Part shown: positions 1-11,232 of the stretch, piece after piece | Position numbering within the stretch: the stretch's first letter is position 1 | Layout of the letters: each line of letters begins with the position of its first letter | NCBI GenBank assembly: GCA_964057225.1 | Contig: OZ059894.1 | Location: 1,860,001-1,924,000, forward strand | DNA length: 64,000 nt | Source: Auanema rhodensis | Lineage: Eukaryota; Animalia; Nematoda | Direction: 5' to 3' | Translations under genes and position numbers: made by a program | The notes under the pieces: model-generated | Told to the model about the DNA's origin: nothing | The model's input: the letters and a program-made list of their open reading frames with translations, nothing else | The model's database searches: none

Positions 1-92
1 AAAGTAGATGTTTTTAGATTCCTTTTTTTAAGGCAAAGACGATGGACAATGTTATTCAACGAAAAAATTAATTCTTCAGGGTGAAAATCGAG

Positions 93-114
93 GATATAAG
101 TGTGAACTTATATC
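93..114. repeat. Hairpin A: perfect 9-bp inverted repeat with 4-nt loop, present in each monomer (first copy given)
   Basis: GATATAAGT-gtga-ACTTATATC; the arms are exact reverse complements. An overlapping alternative dyad ATATCA-gt-TGATAT lies at 110-123. Confidence 0.92.
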
Positions 115-131
115 AGTTGATATCTCGGTGC

Positions 132-182
132 ATTTTTAAGCTAGCGCAAATCTGATAACACAGATCGACGCAGCTTGAAAAT
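132..182. repeat. Hairpin B: extended imperfect inverted repeat, present in each monomer (first copy given)
   Basis: ATTTTTAAGCT (132-142) pairs with AGCTTGAAAAT (172-182) at 10/11 positions with one T-G. GCG (144-146) pairs with CGC (169-171), and ATCTG (150-154) with CAGAT (161-165), around a loop ATAACA. Confidence 0.85.
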
Positions 183-264
183 CCGCATCGAATGCACTAT
201 ACTACATTGAGGAACGCTTAATACAAAAATTAGTTATGATCGTTTGAAAAATGATGCATTAGTG

Positions 265-294
265 TATGTTGAGTTTCCATGTACACTCAACATA
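265..294. repeat. Hairpin C: perfect 10-bp inverted repeat with 10-nt loop, present in each monomer (first copy given)
   Basis: TATGTTGAGT-ttccatgtac-ACTCAACATA; the arms are exact reverse complements. Confidence 0.92.
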
Positions 295-657
295 GCTTCC
301 AAAAACATTTTGACAAAAATTTTTTCGAAAAATTTCCAGATAATTTAGCAGAAAGTAGATGTTTTTAGATTCCTTTTTTCAAGGCAAAGACGATGGACAA
401 TGTTATTCAACGAAAAAATTAATTCTTCAGGGTGAAAATCGAGGATATAAGTGTGAATTTATATCAGTTGATATCTCGGTGCATTTTTAAGCTAGCGCAA
501 ATCTGATAACACAGATCGACGCAGCTTGAAAATCCGCATTGAATGCACTATACTTCATTGAGGAACGCTTAATACAAAAATTAGTTATGATCGTTTGAAA
601 AATGATGCATTAGTGTATGTTGAGTTTCCATGTACACTCAACATAGCTTCCAAAAAC

Positions 658-692
658 ATTTTGACAAAAATTTTTTCGAAAAATTTCAAAAT
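658..692. repeat. Palindrome D: A/T-tract imperfect palindrome (monomer 307-341; second copy given)
   Basis: Perfect 12-bp core TTTTTCGAAAAA (monomer 321-332) flanked by ATTTTGA (307-313) and TCAAAAT (335-341). Confidence 0.8.
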
Positions 693-3159
693 AATTTAGC
701 AGAAAGTAGATGTTTTTAGATTCCTTTTTTTAAGGCAAAGACGATGGACAATGTTATTCAACGAAAAAATTAATTCTTCAGGGTGAAAATCGAGGATATA
801 AGTGTGAACTTATATCAGTTGATATCTCGGTGCATTTTTAAGCTAGCGCAAATCTGATAACACAGATCGACGCAGCTTGAAAATCCGCATCGAATGCACT
901 ATACTACATTGAGGAACGCTTAATACAAAAATTAGTTATGATCGTTTGAAAAATGATGCATTAGTGTATGTTTAGTTTCCATGTACACTCAACATAGCTT
1001 CCAAAAACATTTTGACAAAAATTTTTTCGAAAAATTTCAAAATAATTTAGCAGAAAGTAGATGTTTTTAGATTCCTTTTTTTAAGGCAAAGACGATGGAC
1101 AATGTTATTCAACGAAAAAATTAATTCTTCAGGGTTAAAATCGAGGATATAAGTGTGAACTTATATCAGTTGATATCTCGGTGCATTTTTAAGCTAGCGC
1201 AAATCTGATAACACAGATCGACGCAGCTTGAAAATCCGCATCGAATGCACTATACTACTTTGAGAAACGCTTAATACAAAAATTAGTTATGATCGTTTGA
1301 AAAATGATGCATTAGTGTATGTTGAGTTTCCATGTACACTCAACATAGCTTCCAAAAACATTTTGACAAAATTTTTTTCGAAAAATTTCAAAATAATTTA
1401 GCAGAAAGTAGATGTTTTTAGATTCCTTTTTTTAAGGCAAAGACGACGGACAATGTTATTCAACGAAAAAATTAATTCTTCAGGGTGAAAATCGAGGATA
1501 TAAGTGTGAACTTATATCAGTTGATATCTCGGTGCATTTTTAAGCTAGCGCAAATCTGATAACACAGATCGACGCAGCTTGAAAATCCGCATCGAATGCA
1601 CTATACTACATTGAGGAACGCTTAATACAAAAATTAGTTATGATCGTTTGAAAAATGATGCATTAGTGTATGTTGAGTTTCCATGTACACTCAACATAGC
1701 TTCCAAAAACATTTTGACAAAAATTTTTTCGAAAAATTTCAAAATAATTTAGCAGAAAGTAGATGTTTTTAGATTCCTTTTTTTAAGGCAAAGACGATGG
1801 ACAATGTTATTCAACGAAAAAATTAATTCTTCAGGGTGAAAATCGAGGATATAAGTGTGAACTTATATCAGTTGATATCTCGGTGCATTTTTAAGCTAGC
1901 GCAAATCTGATAACACAGATCGACGCAGCTTGAAAATCCGCATCGAATGCACTATACTACTTTGAGAAACGCTTAATACAAAAATTAGTTATGATCGTTT
2001 GAAAAATGATGCATTAGTGTATGTTGAGTTTCCATGTACACTCAACATAGCTTCCAAAAACATTTTGACAAAATTTTTTTCGAAAAATTTCAAAATAATT
2101 TAGCAGAAAGTAGATGTTTTTAGATTCCTTTTTTTAAGGCAAAGACGACGGACAATGTTATTCAACGAAAAAATTAATTCTTCAGGGTGAAAATCGAGGA
2201 TATAAGTGTGAACTTATATCAGTTGATATCTCGGTGCATTTTTAAGCTAGCGCAAATCTGATAACACGAATCGACGCAGCTTGAAAATCCGCATCGAATG
2301 CACTATACTACATTGAGGAACGCTTAATACAAAAATTAGTTATGATCGTTTGAAAAATGATGCATTAGTGTATGTTGAGTTTCCATGTACACTCAACATA
2401 GCTTCCAAAAACATTTTGACAAAAATTTTTTCGAAAAATTTCAAAATAATTTAGCAGAAAGTAGATGTTTTTAGATTCCTTTTTTTAAGGCAAAGACGAT
2501 GGACAATGTTATTCAACGAAAAAATTAATTCTTCAGGGTGAAAATCGAGGATATAAGTGTGAACTTATATCAGTTGATATCTCGGTGCATTTTTAAGCTA
2601 GCGCAAATCTGATAACACAGATCGACGCAGCTTGAAAATCCGCATCGAATGCACTATACTACATTGAGGAACGCTTAATACAAAAATTAGTTATGATCGT
2701 TTGAAAAATGATGCATTAGTGTATGTTGAGTTTCCATGTACACTCAACATAGCTTCCAAAAACATTTTGACAAAATTTTTTTCGAAAAATTTCAAAATAA
2801 TTTAGCAGAAAGTAGATGTTTTTAGATTTCTTTTTTTAAGGCAAAGACGACGGACAATGTTATTCAACGAAAAAATTAATTCTTCAGGGTGAAAATCGAG
2901 GATATAAGTGTGAACTTATATCAGTTGATATCTCGGTGCATTTTTAAGCTAGCGCAAATCTGATAACACGAATCGACGCAGCTTGAAAATCCGCATCGAA
3001 TGCACTATACTACATTGAGGAACGCTTAATACAAAAATTAGTTATGATCGTTTGAAAAATGATGCATTAGTGTATGTTGAGTTTCCATGTACACTCAACA
3101 TAGCTTCCAAAAACATTTTGACAAAAATTTTTTCGAAAAATTTCAAAATAATTTAGCAG

Positions 3160-5265
3160 AAAGTAGATGTTTTTAGATTCCTTTTTTTAAGGCAAAGACG
3201 ATGGACAATGTTATTCAACGGAAAAATTAATTCTTCAGGGTGAAAATCGAGGATATAAGTGTTAACTTATATCAGTTGATATCTCGGTGCATTTTTAAGC
3301 TAGCGCAAATTTGATAACACAGATCGACGCAGCTTGAAAATCCGCATCGAATGCACTATACTACATTGAGGAACGCTTAATACAAAAATTAGTTATGATC
3401 GTTTGAAAAATGATGCATTAGTGTATGTTGAGTTTCCATGTACACTCAACATAGCTTCCAAAAACATTTTGACAAAAATTTTTTCGAAAAATTTCAAAAT
3501 AATTTAGCAGAAAGTAGATGTTTTTAGATTCCTTTTTTTAAGGCAAAGACGATGGACAATGTTATTCAACGAAAAAATTAATTCTTCAGGGTGAAAATCG
3601 AGGATATAAGTGTGAACTTTTATCAGTTGATATCTCGGTGCATTTTTAAGCTAGCGCAAATCTGATAACACAGATCGACGCAGCTTGAAAATCCGCATCG
3701 AATGCACTATACTACATTGAGGAACGCTTAATACAAAAATTAGTTATGATCGTTTGAAAAATGATGCATTAGTGTATGTTGAGTTTCCATGTACACTCAA
3801 CATAGCTTCCAAAAACATTTTGACAAAAATTTTTTCGAAAAATTTCAAAATAATTTAGCAGAAAGTAGATGTTTTTAGATTCCTTTTTTTAAGGCAAAGA
3901 CGATGGACAATGTTATTCAACGGAAAAATTAATTCTTCAGGGTGAAAATCGAGGATATAAGTGTTAACTTATATCAGTTGATATCTCGGTGCATTTTTAA
4001 GCTAGCGCAAATTTGATAACACAGATCGACGCAGCTTGAAAATCCGCATCGAATGCACTATACTACATTGAGGAACGCTTAATACAAAAATTAGTTATGA
4101 TCGTTTGAAAAATGATGCATTAGTGTATGTTGAGTTTCCATGTACACTCAACATAGCTTCCAAAAACATTTTGACAAAAATTTTTTCGAAAAATTTCAAA
4201 ATAATTTAGCAGAAAGTAGATGTTTTTAGATTCCTTTTTTTAAGGCAAAGACGATGGACAATGTTATTCAACGAAAAAATTAATTCTTCAGGGTGAAAAT
4301 CGAGGATATAAGTGTGAACTTATATCAGTTGATATCTCGGTGCATTTTTAAGCTAGCGCAAATCTGATAACACAGATCGACGCAGCTTGAAAATCCGCAT
4401 CGAATGCACTATACTACATTGAGGAACGCTTAATACAAAAATTAGTTATGATCGTTTGAAAAATGATGCATTAGTGTATGTTGAGTTTCCATGTACACTC
4501 AACATAGCTTCCAAAAACATTTTGACAAAAATTTTTTCGAAAAATTTCAAAATAATTTAGCAGAAAGTAGATGTTTTTAGATTCCTTTTTTTAAGGCAAA
4601 GACGATGGACAATGTTATTCAACGGAAAAATTAATTCTTCAGGGTGAAAATCGAGGATATAAGTGTTAACTTATATCAGTTGATATCTCGGTGCATTTTT
4701 AAGCTAGCGCAAATTTGATAACACAGATCGACGCAGCTTGAAAATCCGCATCGAATGCACTATACTACATTGAGGAACGCTTAATACAAAAATTAGTTAT
4801 GATCGTTTGAAAAATGATGCATTAGTGTATGTTGAGTTTCCATGTACACTCAACATAGCTTCCAAAAACATTTTGACAAAAATTTTTTCGAAAAATTTCA
4901 AAATAATTTAGCAGAAAGTAGATGTTTTTAGATTCCTTTTTTTAAGGCAAAGACGATGGACAATGTTATTCAACGAAAAAATTAATTCTTCAGGGTGAAA
5001 ATCGAGGATATAAGTGTGAACTTATATCAGTTGATATCTCGGTGCATTTTTAAGCTAGCGCAAATCTGATAACACAGATCGACGCAGCTTGAAAATCCGC
5101 ATCGAATGCACTATACTACATTGAGGAACGCTTAATACAAAAATTAGTTATGATCGTTTGAAAAATGATGCATTAGTGTATGTTGAGTTTCCATGTACAC
5201 TCAACATAGCTTCCAAAAACATTTTGACAAAAATTTTTTCGAAAAATTTCAAAATAATTTAGCAG
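3160..5265 (+). repeat. Local 2-monomer (702-bp) higher-order repeat, three units
   Basis: M10, M12 and M14 carry A62G+G104T+C152T and alternate with (near-)consensus M11, M13 and M15. Confidence 0.85.
4213..4563 (+). repeat. Representative consensus monomer (M13)
   Basis: Carries none of the variant alleles; the same sequence occurs at 4915, 7372, 11935, 22114, 22465, 30186 and 52651. Consensus restriction sites: EcoRV (monomer 119-124), NheI (140-145), NsiI (254-259), BsrGI (280-285), BstBI (324-329). Confidence 0.93.
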
Positions 5266-6669
5266 AAAGTAGATGTTTTTAGATTCCTTTTTTTAAGGCA
5301 AAGACGATGGACAATGTTATTCAACGGAAAAATTAATTCTTCAGGGTGAAAATCGAAGATATAAGTGTTAACTTATATCAGTTGATATCTCGGTGCATTT
5401 TTAAGCTAGCGCAAATCTGATAACACAGATCGACGCAGCTTGAAAATCCGCATCGAATGCACTATACTACATTGAGGAACGCTTAATACAAAAATTAGTT
5501 ATGATCGTTTGAAAAATGATGCATTAGTGTATGTTGAGTTTCCATGTACACTCAACATAGCTTCCAAAAACATTTTGACAAAAATTTTTTCGAAAAATTT
5601 CAAAATAATTTAGCAGAAAGTAGATGTTTTTAGATTCCTTTTTTTAAGGCAAAGACGATGGACAATGTTATTCAACGGAAAAATTAATTCTTCAGGGTGA
5701 AAATCGAAGATATAAGTGTTAACTTATATCAGTTGATATCTCGGTGCATTTTTAAGCTAGCGCAAATTTGATAACACAGATCGACGCAGCTTGAAAATCC
5801 GCATCGAATGCACTATACTACATTGAGGAACGCTTAATACAAAAATTAGTTATGATCGTTTGAAAAATGATGCATTAGTGTATGTTGAGTTTCCATGTAC
5901 ACTCAACATAGCTTCCAAAAACATTTTGACAAAAATTTTTTCGAAAAATTTCAAAATAATTTAGCAGAAAGTAGATGTTTTTAGATTCCTTTTTTTAAGG
6001 CAAAGACGATGGACAATGTTATTCAACGAAAAAATTAATTCTTCAGGGTGAAAATCGAGGATATAAGTGTGAACTTATATTAGTTGATATCTCGGTGCAT
6101 TTTTAAGCTAGCGCAAATCTGATAACACAGATCGACGCAGCTTGAAAATCCGCAACGAATGCACTATACTACTTTGAGAAACGCTTAATACAAAAATTAG
6201 TTATGATCGTTTGAAAAATGATGCATTAGTGTATGTTGAGTTTCCATGTACACTCAACATAGCTTCCAAAAACATTTTGACAAAATTTTTTTCGAAAAAT
6301 TTCAAAATAATTTAGCAGAAAGTAGATGTTTTTAGATTCCTTTTTTTAAGGCAAAGACGACGGACAATGTTATTCAACGAAAAAATTAATTCTTCAGGGT
6401 GAAAATCGAGGATATAAGTGTGAACTTATATCAGTTGATATCTCGGTGCATTTTTAAGCTAGCGCAAATCTGATAACACAGATCGACGCAGCTTGAGAAT
6501 CCGCATCGAATGCACTATACTACATTGAGGAACGCTTAATACAAAAATTAGTTATGATCGTTTGAAAAATGATGCATTAGTGTATGTTGAGTTTCCATGT
6601 ACACTCAACATAGCTTCCAAAAACATTTTGACAAAAATTTTTTCGAAAAATTTCAAAATAATTTAGCAG

Positions 6670-9477
6670 AAAGTAGATGTTTTTAGATTCCTTTTTTTAA
6701 GGCAAAGACGATGGACAATGTTATTCAACGAAAAAATCAATTCTTCAGGGTGAAAATCGAGGATATAAGTGTGAACTTATATCAGTTGATATCTCGGTGC
6801 ATTTTTAAGCTAGCGCAAATCTGATAACACAGATCGACGCAGCTTGAGAATCCGCATCGAATGCACTATACTACATTGAGGAACGCTTAATACAAAAATT
6901 AGTTATGATCGTTTGAAAAATGATGCATTAGTGTATGTTGAGTTTCCATGTACACTCAACATAGCTTCCAAAAACATTTTGACAAAAATTTTTTCGAAAA
7001 ATTTCAAAATAATTTAGCAGAAAGTAGATGTTTTTAGATTCCTTTTTTTAAGGCAAAGACGATGGACAATGTTATTCAACGGAAAAATTAATTCTTCAGG
7101 GTGAAAATCGAGGATATAAGTGTTAACTTATATCAGTTGATATCTCGGTGCATTTTTAAGCTAGCGCAAATTTGATAACACAGATCGACGCAGCTTGAAA
7201 ATCCGCATCGAATGCACTATACTACATTGAGGAACGCTTAATACAAAAATTAGTTATGATCGTTTGAAAAATGATGCATTAGTGTATGTTGAGTTTCCAT
7301 GTACACTCAACATAGCTTCCAAAAACATTTTGACAAAAATTTTTTCGAAAAATTTCAAAATAATTTAGCAGAAAGTAGATGTTTTTAGATTCCTTTTTTT
7401 AAGGCAAAGACGATGGACAATGTTATTCAACGAAAAAATTAATTCTTCAGGGTGAAAATCGAGGATATAAGTGTGAACTTATATCAGTTGATATCTCGGT
7501 GCATTTTTAAGCTAGCGCAAATCTGATAACACAGATCGACGCAGCTTGAAAATCCGCATCGAATGCACTATACTACATTGAGGAACGCTTAATACAAAAA
7601 TTAGTTATGATCGTTTGAAAAATGATGCATTAGTGTATGTTGAGTTTCCATGTACACTCAACATAGCTTCCAAAAACATTTTGACAAAAATTTTTTCGAA
7701 AAATTTCAAAATAATTTAGCAGAAAGTAGATGTTTTTAGATTCCTTTTTTTAAGGCAAAGACGATGGACAATGTTATTCAACGGAAAAATTAATTCTTCA
7801 GGGTGAGAATCGAAGATATAAGTGTTAACTTATATCAGTTGATATCTCGGTGCATTTTTAAGCTAGCGCAAATTTGATAACACAGATCGACGCAGCTTGA
7901 AAATCCGCATCGAATGCACTATACTACATTGAGGAACGCTTAATACAAAAATTAGTTATGATCGTTTGAAAAATGATGCATTAGTGTATGTTGAGTTTCC
8001 ATGTACACTCAACATAGCTTCCAACAACATTTTGACAAAAATTTTTTCGAAAAATTTCAAAATAATTTAGCAGAAAGTAGATGTTTTTAGATTCCTTTTT
8101 TTAAGGCAAAGACGATGGACAATGTTATTCAACGAAAAAATTAATTCTTCAGGGTGAAAATCGAGGATATAAGTGTGAACTTATATCAGTTGATATCTCG
8201 GTGCATTTTTAAGCTAGCGCAAATCTGATAACACAGATCGACGCAGCTTGAAAATCCGCATCGAATGCACTATACTACATTGAGGAACGCTTGATACAAA
8301 AATTAGTTATTATCGTTTGAAAAATGATGCATTAGTGTATGTTGAGTTTCCATGTACACTCAACATAGCTTCCAAAAACATTTTGACAAAATTTTTTTCG
8401 AAAAATTTCAAAATAATTTAGCAGAAAGTAGATGTTTTTAGATTCCTTTTTTTAAGGCAAAGACGACGGACAATGTTATTCAACGAAAAAATTAATTCTT
8501 CAGGGTGAAAATCGAGGATATAAGTGTGAACTTATATCAGTTGATATCTCGGTGCATTTTTAAGCTAGCGCAAATCTGATAACACAGATCGACGCAGCTT
8601 GAAAATCCGCATCGAATGCACTATACTACATTGAGGAACGCTTAATACAAAAATTAGTTATGATCGTTTGAAAAATGATGCATTAGTGTATGTTGAGTTT
8701 CCATGTACACTCAACATAGCTTCCAAAAACATTTTGACAAAAATTTTTTCGAAAAATTTCAAAATAATTTAGCAGAAAGTAGATGTTTTTAGATTCCTTT
8801 TTTTAAGGCAAAGACGATGGACAATGTTATTCAACGAAAAAATTAATTCTTCAGGGTGAAAATCGAGGATATAAGTGTGAACTTATATCAGTTGATATCT
8901 CGGTGCATTTTTAAGCTAGCGCAAATCTGATAACACAGATCGACGCAGCTTGAAAATCCGCATCGAATGCACTATACTACATTGAGGAACGCTTAATACA
9001 AAAATTAGTTATGATTGTTTGAAAAATGATGCATTAGTGTATGTTGAGTTTCCATGTACACTCAACATAGCTTCCAAAAACATTTTGACAAAAATTTTTT
9101 CGAAAAATTTCAAAATAATTTAGCAGAAAGTAGATGTTTTTAGATTCCTTTTTTTAAGGCAAAGACGATGGACAATGTTATTCAACGAAAAAATTAATTC
9201 TTCAGGGTGAAAATCGAGGATATAAGTGTGAACTTATATCAGTTGATATCTCGGTGCATTTTTAAGCTAGCGCAAATCTGATAACACAGATCGACGCAGC
9301 TTGAAAATCCGCATCGAATGCACTATACTACTTTGAGAAACGCTTAATACAAAAATTAGTTATGATCGTTTGAAAAATGATGCATTAGTGTATGTTGAGT
9401 TTCCATGTACACTCAACATAGCTTCCAAAAACATTTTGACAAAATTTTTTTCGAAAAATTTCAAAATAATTTAGCAG
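6670..9477 (+). repeat. 8-monomer block, copy 1 (M20-M27)
   Basis: Ordered signature: T69C+A179G | A62G+G104T+C152T | consensus | A62G+A85G+G92A+G104T+C152T+A303C | A220G+G238T | T43C | C241T | A206T+G212A+A319T. Confidence 0.88.
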
Positions 9478-11232
9478 AAAGTAGATGTTTTTAGATTCCT
9501 TTTTTTAAGGCAAAGACGACGGACAATGTTATTCAACGGAAAAATTAATTCTTCAGGGTGAGAATCGAAGATATAAGTGTTAACTTATATCAGTTGATAT
9601 CTCGGTGCATTTTTAAGCTAGCGCAAATTTGATAACACAGATCGACGCAGCTTGAAAATCCGCATCGAATGCACTATACTACATTGAGGAACGCTTAATA
9701 CAAAAATTAGTTATGATCGTTTGAAAAATGATGCATTAGTGTATGTTGAGTTTCCATGTACACTCAACATAGCTTCCAACAACATTTTGACAAAAATTTT
9801 TTCGAAAAATTTCAAAATAATTTAGCAGAAAGTAGATGTTTTTAGATTCCTTTTTTTAAGGCAAAGACGATGGACAATGTTATTCAACGAAAAAATCAAT
9901 TCTTCAGGGTGAAAATCGAGGATATAAGTGTGAACTTATATCAGTTGATATCTCGGTGCATTTTTAAGCTAGCGCAAATCTGATAACACAGATCGACGCA
10001 GCTTGAGAATCCGCATCGAATGCACTATACTACATTGAGGAACGCTTAATACAAAAATTAGTTATGATCGTTTGAAAAATGATGCATTAGTGTATGTTGA
10101 GTTTCCATGTACACTCAACATAGCTTCCAAAAACATTTTGACAAAAATTTTTTCGAAAAATTTCAAAATAATTTAGCAGAAAGTAGATGTTTTTAGATTC
10201 CTTTTTTTAAGGCAAAGACGATGGACAATGTTATTCAACGGAAAAATTAATTCTTCAGGGTGAAAATCGAGGATATAAGTGTTAACTTATATCAGTTGAT
10301 ATCTCGGTGCATTTTTAAGCTAGCGCAAATTTGATAACACAGATCGACGCAGCTTGAAAATCCGCATCGAATGCACTATACTACATTGAGGAACGCTTAA
10401 TACAAAAATTAGTTATGATCGTTTGAAAAATGATGCATTAGTGTATGTTGAGTTTCCATGTACACTCAACATAGCTTCCAAAAACATTTTGACAAAAATT
10501 TTTTCGAAAAATTTCAAAATAATTTAGCAGAAAGTAGATGTTTTTAGATTCCTTTTTTTAAGGCAAAGACGATGGACAATGTTATTCAACGAAAAAATTA
10601 ATTCTTCAGGGTGAAAATCGAGGATATAAGTGTGAACTTATATCAGTTGATATCTCGGTGCATTTTTAAGCTAGCGCAAATCTGATAACACAGATCGACG
10701 CAGCTTGAAAATCCGCATCGAATGCACTATACTACTTTGAGAAACGCTTAATACAAAAATTAGTTATGATCGTTTGAAAAATGATGCATTAGTGTATGTT
10801 GAGTTTCCATGTACACTCAACATTGCTTCCAAAAAAATTTTGACAAAAATTTTTTCGAAAAATTTCAAATTAATTTAGCAGAAAGTATATGTTTTTAGAT
10901 TTCTTTTTTCAAGGCAAAGACGATGGACAATGTTATTCAACGAAAAAATTAATTCTTCAGGGTGAAAATCGAGGATATAAGTGTGAATTTATATCAGTTG
11001 ATATCTCGGTGCATTTTTAAGCTAGCGCAAATCTGATAACACAGATCGACGCAGCTTGAAAATCCGCATTGAATGCACTATACTACATTGAGGAACGCTT
11101 AATACAAAAATTAGTTATGATCGTTTGAAAAATGATGCATTAGTGTATGTTGAGTTTCCATGTACACTCAACATAGCTTCCAAAAACATTTTGACAAAAA
11201 TTTTTTCGAAAAATTTCAAAATAATTTAGCAG

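Noticed and set aside
93-182. Covariation supporting a conserved RNA structure (C107T, C114T, C152T and A179G give G-U pairs; G177A perfects a pair; GUGA loop is GNRA-like)
   Set aside because: At least as many variants disrupt pairing (G93A, A110T, A112C, T108A, GT100-101AA, AG162-163GA), and G104T removes the GNRA loop. Half of all transitions are wobble-compatible by chance, and no true compensatory pair was seen.
265-311. Rho-independent terminator or bacterial REP-like element
   Set aside because: The stems are AT-rich, there is no adjacent U-tract or gene context, and a 64-kb gene-free array is not prokaryote-like.
323-339. CENP-B box-like motif beginning TTCG
   Set aside because: It matches TTCGNNNNA but lacks the required CGGG, so it is not a canonical box.
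60-341. Recurring (G/C)AAAA(A)T motifs as an ancestral short subrepeat
   Set aside because: Spacing is irregular (for example 82, 176, 245, 326) and such words are expected in 68% AT sequence.
1-351. Tandem 5S rRNA, tRNA, snRNA or spliced-leader RNA gene array
   Set aside because: I could not recognise a 5S sequence, a tRNA cloverleaf or T-loop, or a known leader sequence. An Rfam/Infernal scan would be decisive.
279-368. Short ORF (consensus MYTQHSFQKHFDKNFFEKFQNNLAESRCF, 29 aa) crossing the monomer junction
   Set aside because: This length is expected by chance. It has no recognisable motif and no expression evidence.
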